Numbered from the stretch's first letter, positions 37,211-48,138 are shown. The stretch is 64,000 nt of DNA from Candidatus Poribacteria bacterium (GCA_965220385.1 OZ244825.1:777142-841141), one strand, 5' to 3'. Numbers and translations are program-made. Notes: generated from the letters alone by a model not told the origin.

Positions 37211-38935
37211 ATGAAACCAACATTCGATCCAATCAAATTCGAAGTCATCCGCAACGCACTAATCGAGGCGACAGAGGAGATGACAATCGCCCTCCGCCGC
37301 AGCGCCTATTCGACCAACATCAAAACCCGCGCCGATTTTTCGTGCGCCTTCTTTGACCGGGAGCTACAACCCGTCGCCCAGTCCTTTACCCAGCCGGTGC
37401 ACCTCGGTTCTCTGTCTCAATCCGTGCCACGGGTTATCCGGGAATATGGACCCGAGAACTTGGGTCCTGGCGATGCGATTCTGTCCAACGATCCCTATCT
37501 CGGCGGCGTTCATCTCAACGACATCACCCTCATCTCACCGGTATACTATAATGACGAACTGTTCGGCTATGTCGCCAATCTCGCTCACCATGTGGATGTG
37601 GGTGGTGGTGCACCCGCCAGCATTGGCGCGTTCCGCGAAGTCTTTCAGGAGGGCGTCATCATCTCTGCCGTGAAAATGGTGGAGGGCGGAGAGATTAATC
37701 CGGACGTTTTTCGCCTTGTGCTGGCACAGATCCGATCCAAGCACGAGACCGCGGGCGACTTTCGAGCGCAGGTGGCTTCCAACAACACCGGTGTGCGTCG
37801 ATTGACGGCACTGCTCGATCGGATGGGGGCTGAGACGGTTAGCTTTTATATCGACCAGCTGCTCGCCTATACCGAACGTCGGACACGTACAGAAATCGCC
37901 AAGCTGCCCCAAGGTGTCTTCACCGCTGACGGCTACGTCGACAACGACGGTTACACCGATGAACCGGTGCACCTCGTTGGCAAGTTAGTCATCAATGACG
38001 ACGGTGTGCTTTTCGATCTGAACGGCTCCGAACCCCAACGTCGCGCGCCCGTCAACTCCACGTATGCTCAGACCTTTTCCGCCTGCGCGTATGTCCTGAA
38101 GAGTCTAATTGACCCGGATATACCGGTCAACGCCGGTTTCTACCGGTTGGTTCAGATAGATGCGCCGCAAGGGACGGTGGTCAACTGCACGCCGCCGTTC
38201 CCCGTGGTCGGTGGTTGGGAGACGCAGATACGCCTGAACGATATCCTTCTCAAGGCACTTGCGCCCGCGATCCCCGATCGCATTCCGGCGGGGACGAAGG
38301 CGATGATGTGCCAGATGGGATTTGGAGGCACCTCCCCACGCACGGGCGAACTGTACGCCTATTACGAAACGATGGCCGGCGGGTACGGCGGACGGGTTGC
38401 CAGCGATGGCCCCGATGCCGTGCAGTGTCACGGGCAGAACACCGAGAACGCACCCATTGAGGAGACGGAGATTAACTATCCAGTCCATATCGCCCGTTAC
38501 GAATTAGTAGATGATTCGGACGGTGCGGGCAAATATCGCGGCGGACTTGGGCTACAACGTGACTACTGCTTCGATCATGAGGTTTCGTTTACCATCCTCG
38601 CGGATCGGGATCGCTGGGGTCCGTGGGGACTCTTCGGTGGAGATGCTGGCGAGATTGCGCGATACACACTGAACCCTGACAACGAGGCAATCAAACTTGG
38701 TTCTAAGGTCACTGTTCAACTCAAGCCAGGAGATGTTATGCGGGTACAGTCCTGCGGTGGCGGCGGATACGGTCCCTCGGTGGAGCGTGACCCGCAGAAG
38801 GTGTTACACGATGTTCACGAGGGCAAGGTAAGCCTTGAGCGAGCACGGGAGATCTACTGTGTGGCGATTGATCCGGATACTTGGACTGTGGACGAGGACG
38901 AAACTGAAAAATTGCGGTCAGGATACGAAAGATAA
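37211..38935 (+). CDS. Hydantoinase B/oxoprolinase family protein (copy 2)
   Basis: Close paralogue of 32157-33914 over its whole length. Confidence 0.92.
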   Translation: MKPTFDPIKFEVIRNALIEATEEMTIALRRSAYSTNIKTRADFSCAFFDRELQPVAQSFTQPVHLGSLSQSVPRVIREYGPENLGPGDAILSNDPYLGGVHLNDITLISPVYYNDELFGYVANLAHHVDVGGGAPASIGAFREVFQEGVIISAVKMVEGGEINPDVFRLVLAQIRSKHETAGDFRAQVASNNTGVRRLTALLDRMGAETVSFYIDQLLAYTERRTRTEIAKLPQGVFTADGYVDNDGYTDEPVHLVGKLVINDDGVLFDLNGSEPQRRAPVNSTYAQTFSACAYVLKSLIDPDIPVNAGFYRLVQIDAPQGTVVNCTPPFPVVGGWETQIRLNDILLKALAPAIPDRIPAGTKAMMCQMGFGGTSPRTGELYAYYETMAGGYGGRVASDGPDAVQCHGQNTENAPIEETEINYPVHIARYELVDDSDGAGKYRGGLGLQRDYCFDHEVSFTILADRDRWGPWGLFGGDAGEIARYTLNPDNEAIKLGSKVTVQLKPGDVMRVQSCGGGGYGPSVERDPQKVLHDVHEGKVSLERAREIYCVAIDPDTWTVDEDETEKLRSGYER

Positions 38936-38946
38936 AGGACAGCACA

Positions 38947-39972
38947 ATGTTTAGGGTAACTGTAGGGTGCGGTGATCTTTCAGATAGCTACTTGAAACGA
39001 ATCGCGCAATTGGGAGCCGACTGCGTCGACTTCGGGTCCGGTGACTTTTTCCCCGGAGTCAAGGAACAGGGATACCCGGACCTAGACGAACTGCTCAAGA
39101 TCAAAAAGAAAGTCCATTCATGGGGATTGCGAATCAACCGTGTGACCTTACCCGATATCACCGAGAAGTTCATGCGGGATGAGGAGGGTAGCGAGGTGGA
39201 ACTGGAAAACACCGAGCAAGCGATGCGGGTATTCGGCGAGGCTGGTATGCCCATTGCCCGACAGCGCTTCGAAGGGGACACCTTCAACCATCTGATAACC
39301 TTCTATCGGTCAGAACATCGAGCAGGGTTTCGCGGCAGCGGGGGAAGCCGATGGTTGACCGGCGACCAACCCAAGCCCCGCAGTGAAGCGGAATTGAAGG
39401 CGTACCGGTTCCACCATTGGCCCCTGTTTCCAGCTAACGAACCTCCCACCCGCGAGGCACTGGACGATTGGTGGCGGCATTTCTGCCGTGTCTACGAGCG
39501 GCTTGTACCCATCGCCGAGGAGTACGATATCAAACTGGCAATGCACCCTTCAGATATTCCCCTACCAGACACACCGGTCGGTACATTGGGATTTCATCGG
39601 ATAATTGATGCGTTTCCCAGTCCCAATGTGGGCTATCTGTACTGTTGTGGCACACGCGCCGAGGCCGGTGGGCTGCCATTAGTGCTGGACGAGATTCAGA
39701 ACTACGGACGCAAGGGTCGTATCTTCATGGTCCATTTCCGGAATGTGCGGGGCAGCCTGGCGACCGCCGGCGGCTACGAGGAGACACTCTTGGACGACGG
39801 CGATATGAATATGTTCAAGATTGTGCAGGCGCTCAAAGAGGTGGGTTTTGATGGTTGCCTGAATCCAGACCATATTTTCCCGATAGAAGGGGATGGCTCT
39901 GATGCAGGCGGTGCCTTGGCGTATTCCATCGGCTACATGAAGGCACTATCCGCAGCACTTGCTGCAATATAA
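38947..39972 (+). CDS. Mannonate dehydratase (UxuA)-like protein
   Basis: VPIAEEYDIKLAMHPSD, VHFRNVRG, DDGDMNM, PDH and AYSIGYMKAL. Confidence 0.8.
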   Translation: MFRVTVGCGDLSDSYLKRIAQLGADCVDFGSGDFFPGVKEQGYPDLDELLKIKKKVHSWGLRINRVTLPDITEKFMRDEEGSEVELENTEQAMRVFGEAGMPIARQRFEGDTFNHLITFYRSEHRAGFRGSGGSRWLTGDQPKPRSEAELKAYRFHHWPLFPANEPPTREALDDWWRHFCRVYERLVPIAEEYDIKLAMHPSDIPLPDTPVGTLGFHRIIDAFPSPNVGYLYCCGTRAEAGGLPLVLDEIQNYGRKGRIFMVHFRNVRGSLATAGGYEETLLDDGDMNMFKIVQALKEVGFDGCLNPDHIFPIEGDGSDAGGALAYSIGYMKALSAALAAI

Positions 39973-39990
39973 CCGCAGCTCCTGCCGCTA

Positions 39991-40590
39991 TCAACTGAGC
40001 ACTCTTCGGAGACCGTTCGTAATTTCGTGGAGAACCCCTACCGGTGTGTTGGTCGCGTCGATCTCTTGGATCAGGTCCGATGGATAGTGGGACAGCGTCG
40101 GTGCGGTCTGTGCCTCATACTCCTCAAGCCGATGCCTAATCACCTTCTCGTTGACATCATCGAACCGCTTTTCGCGATGTGCCCGTCCCTTCATACGGGT
40201 GACAAGCACCTCTGGGTCCTGACATCGCAGATAGATGATTTGACGCACATCAATATAACAATCCATCGCCCGCGCCTGTGGTAGGTTGCGTGGAATACCA
40301 TCTAGAACTAGATAATCTATGCCTGGATTGAACTGTTTTTCCTGCACCAAATTATCGATATAATCACACCATAACTGAATCGCTATATCGTCCGGGACAA
40401 ATTCCCCCTTGCTGGAGTATTCTAAGAAAACTTTGCCGAGTCTGCTATGGAGGTCAAGAGAGCGAAGGACTTCTCCACAAGCGACATGCACAAAGCCCGG
40501 AATCTGGTTAAGAATTTTGCCTTGAGTTCCTTTTCCTGTGCCAGGGGCACCAAAGATTAAAACTGTTCGATATTTGGTTGCAAGTTGCAT
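39991..40590 (-). CDS. adk: Adenylate kinase family (short LID)
   Basis: GAPGTGKGTQ, GEFVPD, LDGIPRN..QA and RFDD. Confidence 0.75.
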   Translation of the reverse strand: MQLATKYRTVLIFGAPGTGKGTQGKILNQIPGFVHVACGEVLRSLDLHSRLGKVFLEYSSKGEFVPDDIAIQLWCDYIDNLVQEKQFNPGIDYLVLDGIPRNLPQARAMDCYIDVRQIIYLRCQDPEVLVTRMKGRAHREKRFDDVNEKVIRHRLEEYEAQTAPTLSHYPSDLIQEIDATNTPVGVLHEITNGLRRVLS

Positions 40591-40620
40591 CTCTACGACT
40601 TTTGTCTCCTTTGTTTCAGG

Positions 40621-41616
40621 TTATTGAGTGATGGGTTCCGTCCATTTGTTGGGTGCGGTGTCGATTTCGTATTCAGCGAACGCACGATCGATTTCCGCCT
40701 TCACGTCGTCCGTCAGTTGCCAGCCAATAGCGCCCATGTTGTCCTCTACTTCAGAAGCCCGCCGTGCCCCAACGAGCGAAACGCTGACCGCTGGATTGGA
40801 GATCACCCAATTGAGTGCGAGGTGCGGCAGCTTTTTCCCAAGCCCTTCCGCAATTTCTTTGAGTTTATTCACCGCTTGAACGTTACGCTGGAAGATCCCC
40901 GGCAGAAACAGTTTGAGCGACATGTTGCTTCCCCCTCTGTGTCGCCAATCGTCGTCCTCAAATGTTGTCTCCTCGGTGAACGCGCCCGCCAACATGCCGT
41001 AGGCGAGCGAGCCGTAGGTCATGACGCCGATGCCGTTCTCCTGGGCATAAGGAAAGATCCATTTCGCCATACGCCGATCAAACAGGTTGCAGGCATACTG
41101 TAGAACATCGACACGCCGGGTTTCCATGCACGTCTGGATTTCGTCTCTGGTGAAATTGGAGAGACCGACATATCTTGCCTTGCCCTGCTGCACAATCTCC
41201 TCCAACGCCTCCATCGTCTCATCAAACGGGGTGGTGCGGTCGGGCCAATGCACAAGATACACATCGACATAATCGGTATTAAGCGCTTTCAAGCGACGGT
41301 CGATTGCGGCGTGTGCCATTGAACGACGGCTGTCCCGTTTTTTTAGGCGGTCGTTGTCGTAGTTAATACCGAACTTTGAGACAACGATAACATCTTTGCG
41401 TCGGTTCCCCAACGCCCGTGCCAACAGTTCTTCAGACTTGCCCATGCCGTAGGCTTCGGCGGTATCAAAACAGTTGATGCCGAGGTCTAGAGCACGATGG
41501 ATTGCCTCGATGACCTCCGTCTCCTCGATGGAACCGTAACCGCCGCCCATCTCCCAGCAACCGAACCCAATCGATGAAACCTGCATCCCTGTCTGCCCAA
41601 ATGCCTTATATTCCAT
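40621..41616 (-). CDS. Aldo/keto reductase
   Basis: FDTAEAYG, SKFG, YLVHWPD and GLSNF. Confidence 0.92.
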   Translation of the reverse strand: MEYKAFGQTGMQVSSIGFGCWEMGGGYGSIEETEVIEAIHRALDLGINCFDTAEAYGMGKSEELLARALGNRRKDVIVVSKFGINYDNDRLKKRDSRRSMAHAAIDRRLKALNTDYVDVYLVHWPDRTTPFDETMEALEEIVQQGKARYVGLSNFTRDEIQTCMETRRVDVLQYACNLFDRRMAKWIFPYAQENGIGVMTYGSLAYGMLAGAFTEETTFEDDDWRHRGGSNMSLKLFLPGIFQRNVQAVNKLKEIAEGLGKKLPHLALNWVISNPAVSVSLVGARRASEVEDNMGAIGWQLTDDVKAEIDRAFAEYEIDTAPNKWTEPITQ

Positions 41617-41782
41617 GATCAGCCTCCCCCTGTTTCCGCTGTTAGCGAATGTTCACCGCATCATTGTATTATGTTATTGTGGAATTGTCAAGGATAGAAA
41701 ACATCTAGAGCGTGCTTGACATGCCCTCTATAGCCTGATACACTTGCTCAGTCTTAACATAACATTATCGGGAAGGAAATCC

Positions 41783-44700
41783 ATGAAACCCCTAATTCTT
41801 CGTTTCATCCTATTTTTCATAATAATCTATCTCACCTGCAGCGCACTCAATCCCACCGTTACTGCGTCCCCACCATCGGGAGGCAACGAGACACATTTTC
41901 ACGGTGTTACTGATAGTCGATGGAACAAACAGCTTTCCGACCAATTTCCTAACCGCCACTATGCCCGAACTTCTATTGCGACTTTGAACGTCGGCGAACC
42001 TCGTACGGTGCGGATGATTTACTTTCTCCCCAATAATCGCTCGTATAACGCTGACGTCGTCCAGCAGATGAAAGATGATTTGCACACCACTCAGAGGTTT
42101 TTTGCCGAGCAGATGGAGGCGCACGGTTATGGGAAGATAACCTTTCGCCTTGAAACTGACGCCCAAGGCGAGCCAATGGTGCATCGCGTCAATGCCGATC
42201 GACCGCATGATCGCTATCTCGATAATCTACAGTTTATCTTTGATGAGATTGAACAGCGGTTTGATCTCGCAAAAAATATTTACTTTATCCTCATTGACAA
42301 TCATACGAACGTGGTTAATCGCGGCTCGGCCGGCGGCGTCGGAGTCAGGACCGGCAAAGAAAATGGCTGGGCGTTGCTTCCGACCTTAGCCCATTGGAAA
42401 ACGGTGGTACATGAACTGGGACACGCCTTCGGATTGAGTCACGATTTCCGTGATGGTGCGTACATCATGTCGTATGGTCCAAGACGGAATCGGTTATCTG
42501 CATGCGATGCCGAATATTTGTCCGTGCACCCCTACTTCAATCCCGATACCCCAATTGAAGAGGGAGAGCCACCCAACATCGAACTTCTTTCGCCACGTGC
42601 CTATCCGGTAGGTTCACAGAGCGTTTCGGTTAAACTCAAGATCAACGATTCAGAGGGACTCCACCAAGTGCTCCTACGCGGTGGCGTTTTCAGTCTGATA
42701 GAGTGTAGCGGATTAGCGGGAGAAAAAACTGCCGTCGTTGAATTTGACTATAAGGGCGTTTTTACGGAGAAGGGTTTTACGAGTCTTTCTGACCTTGTTA
42801 CACGGCCGATTTCTGTCGAGGCTGTTGATACTGATGGAAATTCGAGTGTTAAGGTTTTTAGGCTTATCATCCCGGAAGATCGGGTTGATGCGGATGTCGA
42901 GGTCAATATCCCCGACCCCAACCTCCGCGCTGCGGTTGCGGAAGCTATCGGAGTGTCGCCAAGTGCCTCCATTATCCGGGGTTGGATAGCACAATTGACC
43001 TATCTTAAAGCAACCGAAGCCAACATAAGCGATTTGACCGGACTTGAGTTTGCAACCCGCCTGACGTGGCTGCAGGTTTGGAGTAACCGCATCTCGGATC
43101 TGTCGCCGTTGGCAGGATTAACCAACTTGAGGAGCCTGAGCCTCCGGGAGAATCGCATCTCGGATCTGTCACCGTTGGCAGGATTAACCACATTGACACA
43201 TCTGCTCCTTCGGGAGAATCGCGTCTCGGATCTGTCACCGTTAGCAGGATTAATCAACCTGATAGAGCTGCATCTTAGTTCCAACTCCATCTTGGACATT
43301 TCACCGTTGGCAGGCTTAACCCAACTGTCGGTCCTATATCTTAGCGACAACAATATTTCGGATATCTCAGTACTCACTGGATTAACCCGGTTGAGCTCGT
43401 TGTTCCTCAATTCCAACTCCATCTCGGACATTTCACCGTTGGTAGGATTAACCAAACTGAAACAGCTGCACCTTCGAAGGAATCGCATCTCGGACATTTC
43501 ACCGGTGGCTGGCTTAACCAACCTGTTCTTCCTGGATCTTAACACCAACTTCATCCCTGACATCTTACCCTTGGTAGCAAATATGGGATTAAGAAGTGGA
43601 GACACGGTTAATGTTCGGGTAAATCCTTTGAGTTACCAATCCATCCACGCGCACATCCCAACCCTTCAAGGCAGGGGGATTAAGGTAACATTTGATAACC
43701 GAACGCCCACGCCTCCCCTGAAAATCTTAGGGGACAACCAGCAGGGTGCCCCCGGTACAACACTCGAGCAACCGTTTGTTGTTGAAGTCCGGGATCAGAA
43801 CGGTGTAGCGTTCGCAGGGGTGCCGGTGACATTTGCCATCACCGTAGGTGACGGTACACTCAGTGTAACAAACACGATAACTGATGAAAACGGTAGGGCA
43901 CAGAGCACACTGACCCTTGGAGGTGATTCTGGCACAGACACGGTTGAAGTCAGCGTCGAAGGCATTGCTGAAATAGCGACCTTTATCGCCCTTCCCGAAA
44001 TTGAGTTTCATCTGTCCGTGCCAGCGGGCATCAGCTTGATTCATGTGCCATTGAGGGTGACAGAGGCTGACGGGGTGGCAAAGACCATCACGTCTATCGC
44101 AGACCTCTACGGAGTACTCGGTGGCGCGTCAACCGTCGACTTCCTTATCACCCATGATTCCGCAACCCAAGAATGGCGCAGCTATTTCGTCCCTTTGGAC
44201 AAAGGCACACCCGTCGACAGAGCGTTGACCGATGACACCGGGATCATCGCCCGTCTGAGAGAACCGGTGGAGTCGCTTCCTCTGCGCGGCAGCGCGCTAG
44301 GAACAGATGGAAGCAGCACCTTCACCTTGGACCAAGGTCTTAACCTTGTGGGGTTGCCGTTGCAAGATTCGAGAGTAACCCGTGTCAGCGATCTGTTCGC
44401 GCTCGACGGGATTGGTGGTAACGTTCCTGTGATTATCCTCACCGATGGCGGGGAGTTCAAAGTGGTCGGACGCGCGGGTGATCCGGGGGATATAGAAATT
44501 ACCGGGGGACAGTCCTTTATCATGACCGCCCAGCGAGTGGCGATAGTTGCTATCTCCGGTGAGGCGTGGACTAACGTCTCTGGAACGGCTGCCGCACCAC
44601 CGGTAGCACTCAAGGGTATCGAAGTGGGGAATACCACCCCTGTCTTGGGATTGAGAGGTGCCATTGTTGACGAAGGAACGACGGGCTTAAAGGTGCAAGG

Positions 44701-45250
44701 CTTCCGAGTAACCGTCAAGAACCTTTCAACCGGTAGAGCAGTTGTCACCGTTACTACACCCGATGAGACAGATTATCGGTCCACCGTCGTTGACATAGAG
44801 ACAGGCCGCGCCGCTACGGTTGGGGATGTCCTCGAAGTCTCCGCTCAGTCGACCAACCCGTCTGTCGGTGTGAAACCGCTGCAGTATACCGTCACGGCTG
44901 AAGATGTGAAGCGGAGTCTGATTCAATTGCCGGCACTTGTCGCCTATGAGATACCCGCAGAAACCGAACTGCTTACAAACTACCCAAATCCCTTCAACCC
45001 AGAGACATGGATCCCGTATCGGTTGGCAGAGGACGGTTTCGTCACCCTGACCATCTATGACCTAAACGGTCAGGTTGTCCGCACCCTTGACGTTGGGCAT
45101 CGGATTGCTGCGGTCTATGAGAGTCGGTCAAAAGCAATCTACTGGAATGGCAGAAACGAGGTCGGTGAACAGGTGGCGAGTGGAGTTTATTTTTTTACCC
45201 TGACAGCGGGTGATTATTCCACCACACGGAAGATGGTGATTCTCAAGTAG
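41783..45250 (+). CDS. Secreted Zn-metalloprotease + internalin-type LRR + Ig-like protein with FlgD-Ig/T9SS-like C-terminal domain
   Basis: Signal peptide; HELGHAFGLSH zincin motif with downstream IMSY; IPDPNLRAAV cap and 22-aa LRRs (NRISDLSPLAGLT); TDENGRAQSTLTLG (Big_1); NYPNPFNPETWIPY. Confidence 0.88.
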   Translation: MKPLILRFILFFIIIYLTCSALNPTVTASPPSGGNETHFHGVTDSRWNKQLSDQFPNRHYARTSIATLNVGEPRTVRMIYFLPNNRSYNADVVQQMKDDLHTTQRFFAEQMEAHGYGKITFRLETDAQGEPMVHRVNADRPHDRYLDNLQFIFDEIEQRFDLAKNIYFILIDNHTNVVNRGSAGGVGVRTGKENGWALLPTLAHWKTVVHELGHAFGLSHDFRDGAYIMSYGPRRNRLSACDAEYLSVHPYFNPDTPIEEGEPPNIELLSPRAYPVGSQSVSVKLKINDSEGLHQVLLRGGVFSLIECSGLAGEKTAVVEFDYKGVFTEKGFTSLSDLVTRPISVEAVDTDGNSSVKVFRLIIPEDRVDADVEVNIPDPNLRAAVAEAIGVSPSASIIRGWIAQLTYLKATEANISDLTGLEFATRLTWLQVWSNRISDLSPLAGLTNLRSLSLRENRISDLSPLAGLTTLTHLLLRENRVSDLSPLAGLINLIELHLSSNSILDISPLAGLTQLSVLYLSDNNISDISVLTGLTRLSSLFLNSNSISDISPLVGLTKLKQLHLRRNRISDISPVAGLTNLFFLDLNTNFIPDILPLVANMGLRSGDTVNVRVNPLSYQSIHAHIPTLQGRGIKVTFDNRTPTPPLKILGDNQQGAPGTTLEQPFVVEVRDQNGVAFAGVPVTFAITVGDGTLSVTNTITDENGRAQSTLTLGGDSGTDTVEVSVEGIAEIATFIALPEIEFHLSVPAGISLIHVPLRVTEADGVAKTITSIADLYGVLGGASTVDFLITHDSATQEWRSYFVPLDKGTPVDRALTDDTGIIARLREPVESLPLRGSALGTDGSSTFTLDQGLNLVGLPLQDSRVTRVSDLFALDGIGGNVPVIILTDGGEFKVVGRAGDPGDIEITGGQSFIMTAQRVAIVAISGEAWTNVSGTAAAPPVALKGIEVGNTTPVLGLRGAIVDEGTTGLKVQGFRVTVKNLSTGRAVVTVTTPDETDYRSTVVDIETGRAATVGDVLEVSAQSTNPSVGVKPLQYTVTAEDVKRSLIQLPALVAYEIPAETELLTNYPNPFNPETWIPYRLAEDGFVTLTIYDLNGQVVRTLDVGHRIAAVYESRSKAIYWNGRNEVGEQVASGVYFFTLTAGDYSTTRKMVILK

Positions 45251-45318
45251 AAGCGAGATTCGTACCCATCAACCTAAATTATACTACTATTTTTGGAATG
45301 TGACAGGAGAAGAGCAGT

Positions 45319-46953
45319 ATGTACATGACTAGTCCCTCCCTCGTCGGATTAACCTTTGGCGTGACTGATGGCGAGACGAATGCCCGAACCGTTTTCGTTG
45401 AAAATGGGGTTCCCAAGAACATTCGAGAGATCGGGCTTGGCTGGGAGTTTGAAACGGGGTACATTGAGATGTATGGCAAAAAATCCTTGCTGTACGCGGG
45501 CTGTGGGATTGGTCGTAACGATTTTCATCTCAGAGCCAAACTCTCTACCCGCAGCGAAGGCGATAAACCGAATTTTGTGGTCGCTACGAATAATATTGGA
45601 ATCAGCGGGTTTCAGCGTCTAAGCTACGTTTTCTGGCCCCGCGAGGTGCTCGGTCACCAGCAAATGGCGTTCTCTTCCGATTGGGGTACGCCCGGTGTGC
45701 CGTTCAACTTTGAGATCGTGCGCAAGGGAACAAGGGTTGTGATCATCGTTGACGGGACGGCGGTGAAGCATTTTCTTTTTGGCGGTGAGCTGACAAGATT
45801 CGGATTCTGCTCCTATGAAGGGACGTTGCGGGTACACGATTTTTCCGTTCGGGGCGAGACCATTCCGTTAGACTGGAATCGGACGCGCCCAATCGACATC
45901 TCCGTGCCGACGATTGACATCTCTGATGAGGAGGATCGACAGGTTGTTGTGGACAAGCAGCCGGGGCAATATCTCGGTCATCCGGACACAGTGCTGATGC
46001 CGGACAACAGGACGATGTTCTGCACCTATCCGCTCGGACATGGGGGACCCGCGTGCCTGCTAAAAAAGAGCACGGACGGCGGTCTGACGTGGAGCGAACG
46101 GCTGCCTGTGCCCGACAACTGGAAGACGGCAAAGAACTGCCCCTGTATTCATCGTCTCGTCGGTCCGGACGGGGTAGAACGCCTGATCGTTCTGGAGGGC
46201 AACGGCGATATGCGGCAGTCGATTTCGAAGGATAACGGTGAGACGTGGACCCCATTTGAACCGAACGGGCTGCACTGCATTGTCGTCCCGAACCGTGTCC
46301 TACCGCTTTCAGACGGGCGACACATAGCCATATATGTAGACCATGGGACCAGAAGCCACGGCGATCATGTGATCATGCAGAGTATCACCGCTGACGGTGG
46401 GTTGACATGGGAGCCGCAGCGGTTAATTGCCCAGCACGAGGACGCACTGCCGGACGAACCGGGCGTTATCCGTTCACCGGACGGAAAGCAGATCGCAGCG
46501 GTGATGCGTGAGCAGTCGCGAGCGTACAACGCGATGGTCATCACCAGCGACGACGAAGGTCAGACATGGTCGGAATGCAGGGAGGCGGCTGCGGGCGTCA
46601 CCGGAGATCGGCACAACCTCGCCTATGCGCCCGACGGCCGTTTGGTGGCTGTCTTCCGAGACACCGCGCTCGCTAGCTCCACGAAATTCAATTTTGTCGC
46701 GTGGGTCGGCACCTACGACGATCTTGTCAACGGTCAAGAGGGAGAGTACCGTGTGTTGCTGCTGCGACATCAGGGCAACTTCCCGCCTGAGGAATACGGC
46801 GACTGCGGTTATGCTGGTTTGGAGGTGCTGCCGGACGGCACATTTGTCGCAACCACATATCTCATCCACAAACCGGGCGAGCAACATTCCGTCGTCAGTG
46901 TGCGCTTCAATCTGGCGGAGTTAGACGCACGCGTGGCGGAGTTGGAGGGTTAA
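45319..46953 (+). CDS. Sialidase-like BNR/Asp-box protein with an extra N-terminal domain
   Basis: Asp boxes STDGGLTW, SKDNGETW, TADGGLTW and SDDEGQTW; DCGYAG near the C-terminus. Confidence 0.8.
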   Translation: MYMTSPSLVGLTFGVTDGETNARTVFVENGVPKNIREIGLGWEFETGYIEMYGKKSLLYAGCGIGRNDFHLRAKLSTRSEGDKPNFVVATNNIGISGFQRLSYVFWPREVLGHQQMAFSSDWGTPGVPFNFEIVRKGTRVVIIVDGTAVKHFLFGGELTRFGFCSYEGTLRVHDFSVRGETIPLDWNRTRPIDISVPTIDISDEEDRQVVVDKQPGQYLGHPDTVLMPDNRTMFCTYPLGHGGPACLLKKSTDGGLTWSERLPVPDNWKTAKNCPCIHRLVGPDGVERLIVLEGNGDMRQSISKDNGETWTPFEPNGLHCIVVPNRVLPLSDGRHIAIYVDHGTRSHGDHVIMQSITADGGLTWEPQRLIAQHEDALPDEPGVIRSPDGKQIAAVMREQSRAYNAMVITSDDEGQTWSECREAAAGVTGDRHNLAYAPDGRLVAVFRDTALASSTKFNFVAWVGTYDDLVNGQEGEYRVLLLRHQGNFPPEEYGDCGYAGLEVLPDGTFVATTYLIHKPGEQHSVVSVRFNLAELDARVAELEG

Positions 46954-47058
46954 TCTGAACTTAACGCAAAGTCGCTAAGACGCAAAAGGCGCGGAGAAGA
47001 ATAAAGAAGATTCATGATAAGGAATCGTGGGACAAAAAACTCGGTTTCTCTTTGCGCT

Positions 47059-48003
47059 CTACCTATGAACCCCTTTCTCCCAGTGTCGGACGAGCGGGTC
47101 AAGATCATCCCAGAAGGCTTCTGGAATCTCTAACTCAGCAGCCTTCACATTCTCTACCGCTTCCTCAGGGGTTCGAGCGCCCGGAATTGCTGTGGTCACC
47201 TGCGGGTGGCGGGTGGGCCACTGCAACGCTGCAGCGACGAGCGGAATCTCGTACTCTTGGCAAAGCCGTTGAATCTTGGACACATGATCCAAACACTCTT
47301 GGCTAAACTGTCGCCTTCCGTAGTCCCTCCCCGATATCGGTCCCGTCGCCAGCACGCCGACTTCAAGCGGTGTGGCACACGAGATCCCGATGTTATATTT
47401 CTCCGCAGCGGGCAGGATACGTTCAGCAGCTTCTTGGTTTAACAGACTCCACGCATCGGGGACAACCGCTGCGTCAAATTCGCCCGTCTCGATATAGGGT
47501 GTATTGGTCGGCGGATCGTTGGACGCCGAACCGATAAATCGCACCACCCCCTCGTTCTGAAGTCGACGCAACGCCCCTAACGCGCCATTTTTGCTCATCA
47601 CATCTTCCATCGGCACACCCATCGCATCGTGGATATAGACCAAATCAAGCTGCTCTAGCCCAAGCCGTTCAAGGCTCGCCTCCACGCTGCGTAAAGTACC
47701 GTCAAAAGAATGGTCTTTCCCCTCCCGATAGGCGCCCGTTTTGGTGACAACCGTGCATTTGGCAGCAAGATCTGCACGGCTCCTGAGTGCGTTGCCGACA
47801 ATCTTCTCAACAGCTGTACCCCCATAGAGCGGAGCGGTGTCGATCAGGTTGCAGCCCGCCTCAATGGCAGCGTGAACCGCCCGTGCCCCCATCTCTTCAT
47901 CTAAGTCTCGTGGCGGCTCCGACGGCTGACTGCCGATGTAGATGGTTCCCAGTCCGATGATAGTGACCTCAAGCCCTGTGCGTCCCAGAATTTTCGTTTT
48001 CAT
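47059..48003 (-). CDS. Aldo/keto reductase
   Basis: LGRTGLEV, IDTAPLYG, TKTG and VYIHD. Confidence 0.9.
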   Translation of the reverse strand: MKTKILGRTGLEVTIIGLGTIYIGSQPSEPPRDLDEEMGARAVHAAIEAGCNLIDTAPLYGGTAVEKIVGNALRSRADLAAKCTVVTKTGAYREGKDHSFDGTLRSVEASLERLGLEQLDLVYIHDAMGVPMEDVMSKNGALGALRRLQNEGVVRFIGSASNDPPTNTPYIETGEFDAAVVPDAWSLLNQEAAERILPAAEKYNIGISCATPLEVGVLATGPISGRDYGRRQFSQECLDHVSKIQRLCQEYEIPLVAAALQWPTRHPQVTTAIPGARTPEEAVENVKAAELEIPEAFWDDLDPLVRHWEKGVHR

Positions 48004-48138
48004 GGCGACCTCGCTTGGTTGGTTCATTAGTTCATTGGTTTATTAGTTCATTCATGTACGATTGAACCAATGGAATTGTCTTCACGTTTCACGCCCGGCG
48101 TTGGTGTGCGTAAGATTTCGCTAGCGACATAAGTTATA

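Noticed and set aside
43000-43605. Repetitive 201-aa minus-strand ORF
   Set aside because: Antisense of the 66-nt-period LRR coding repeats.
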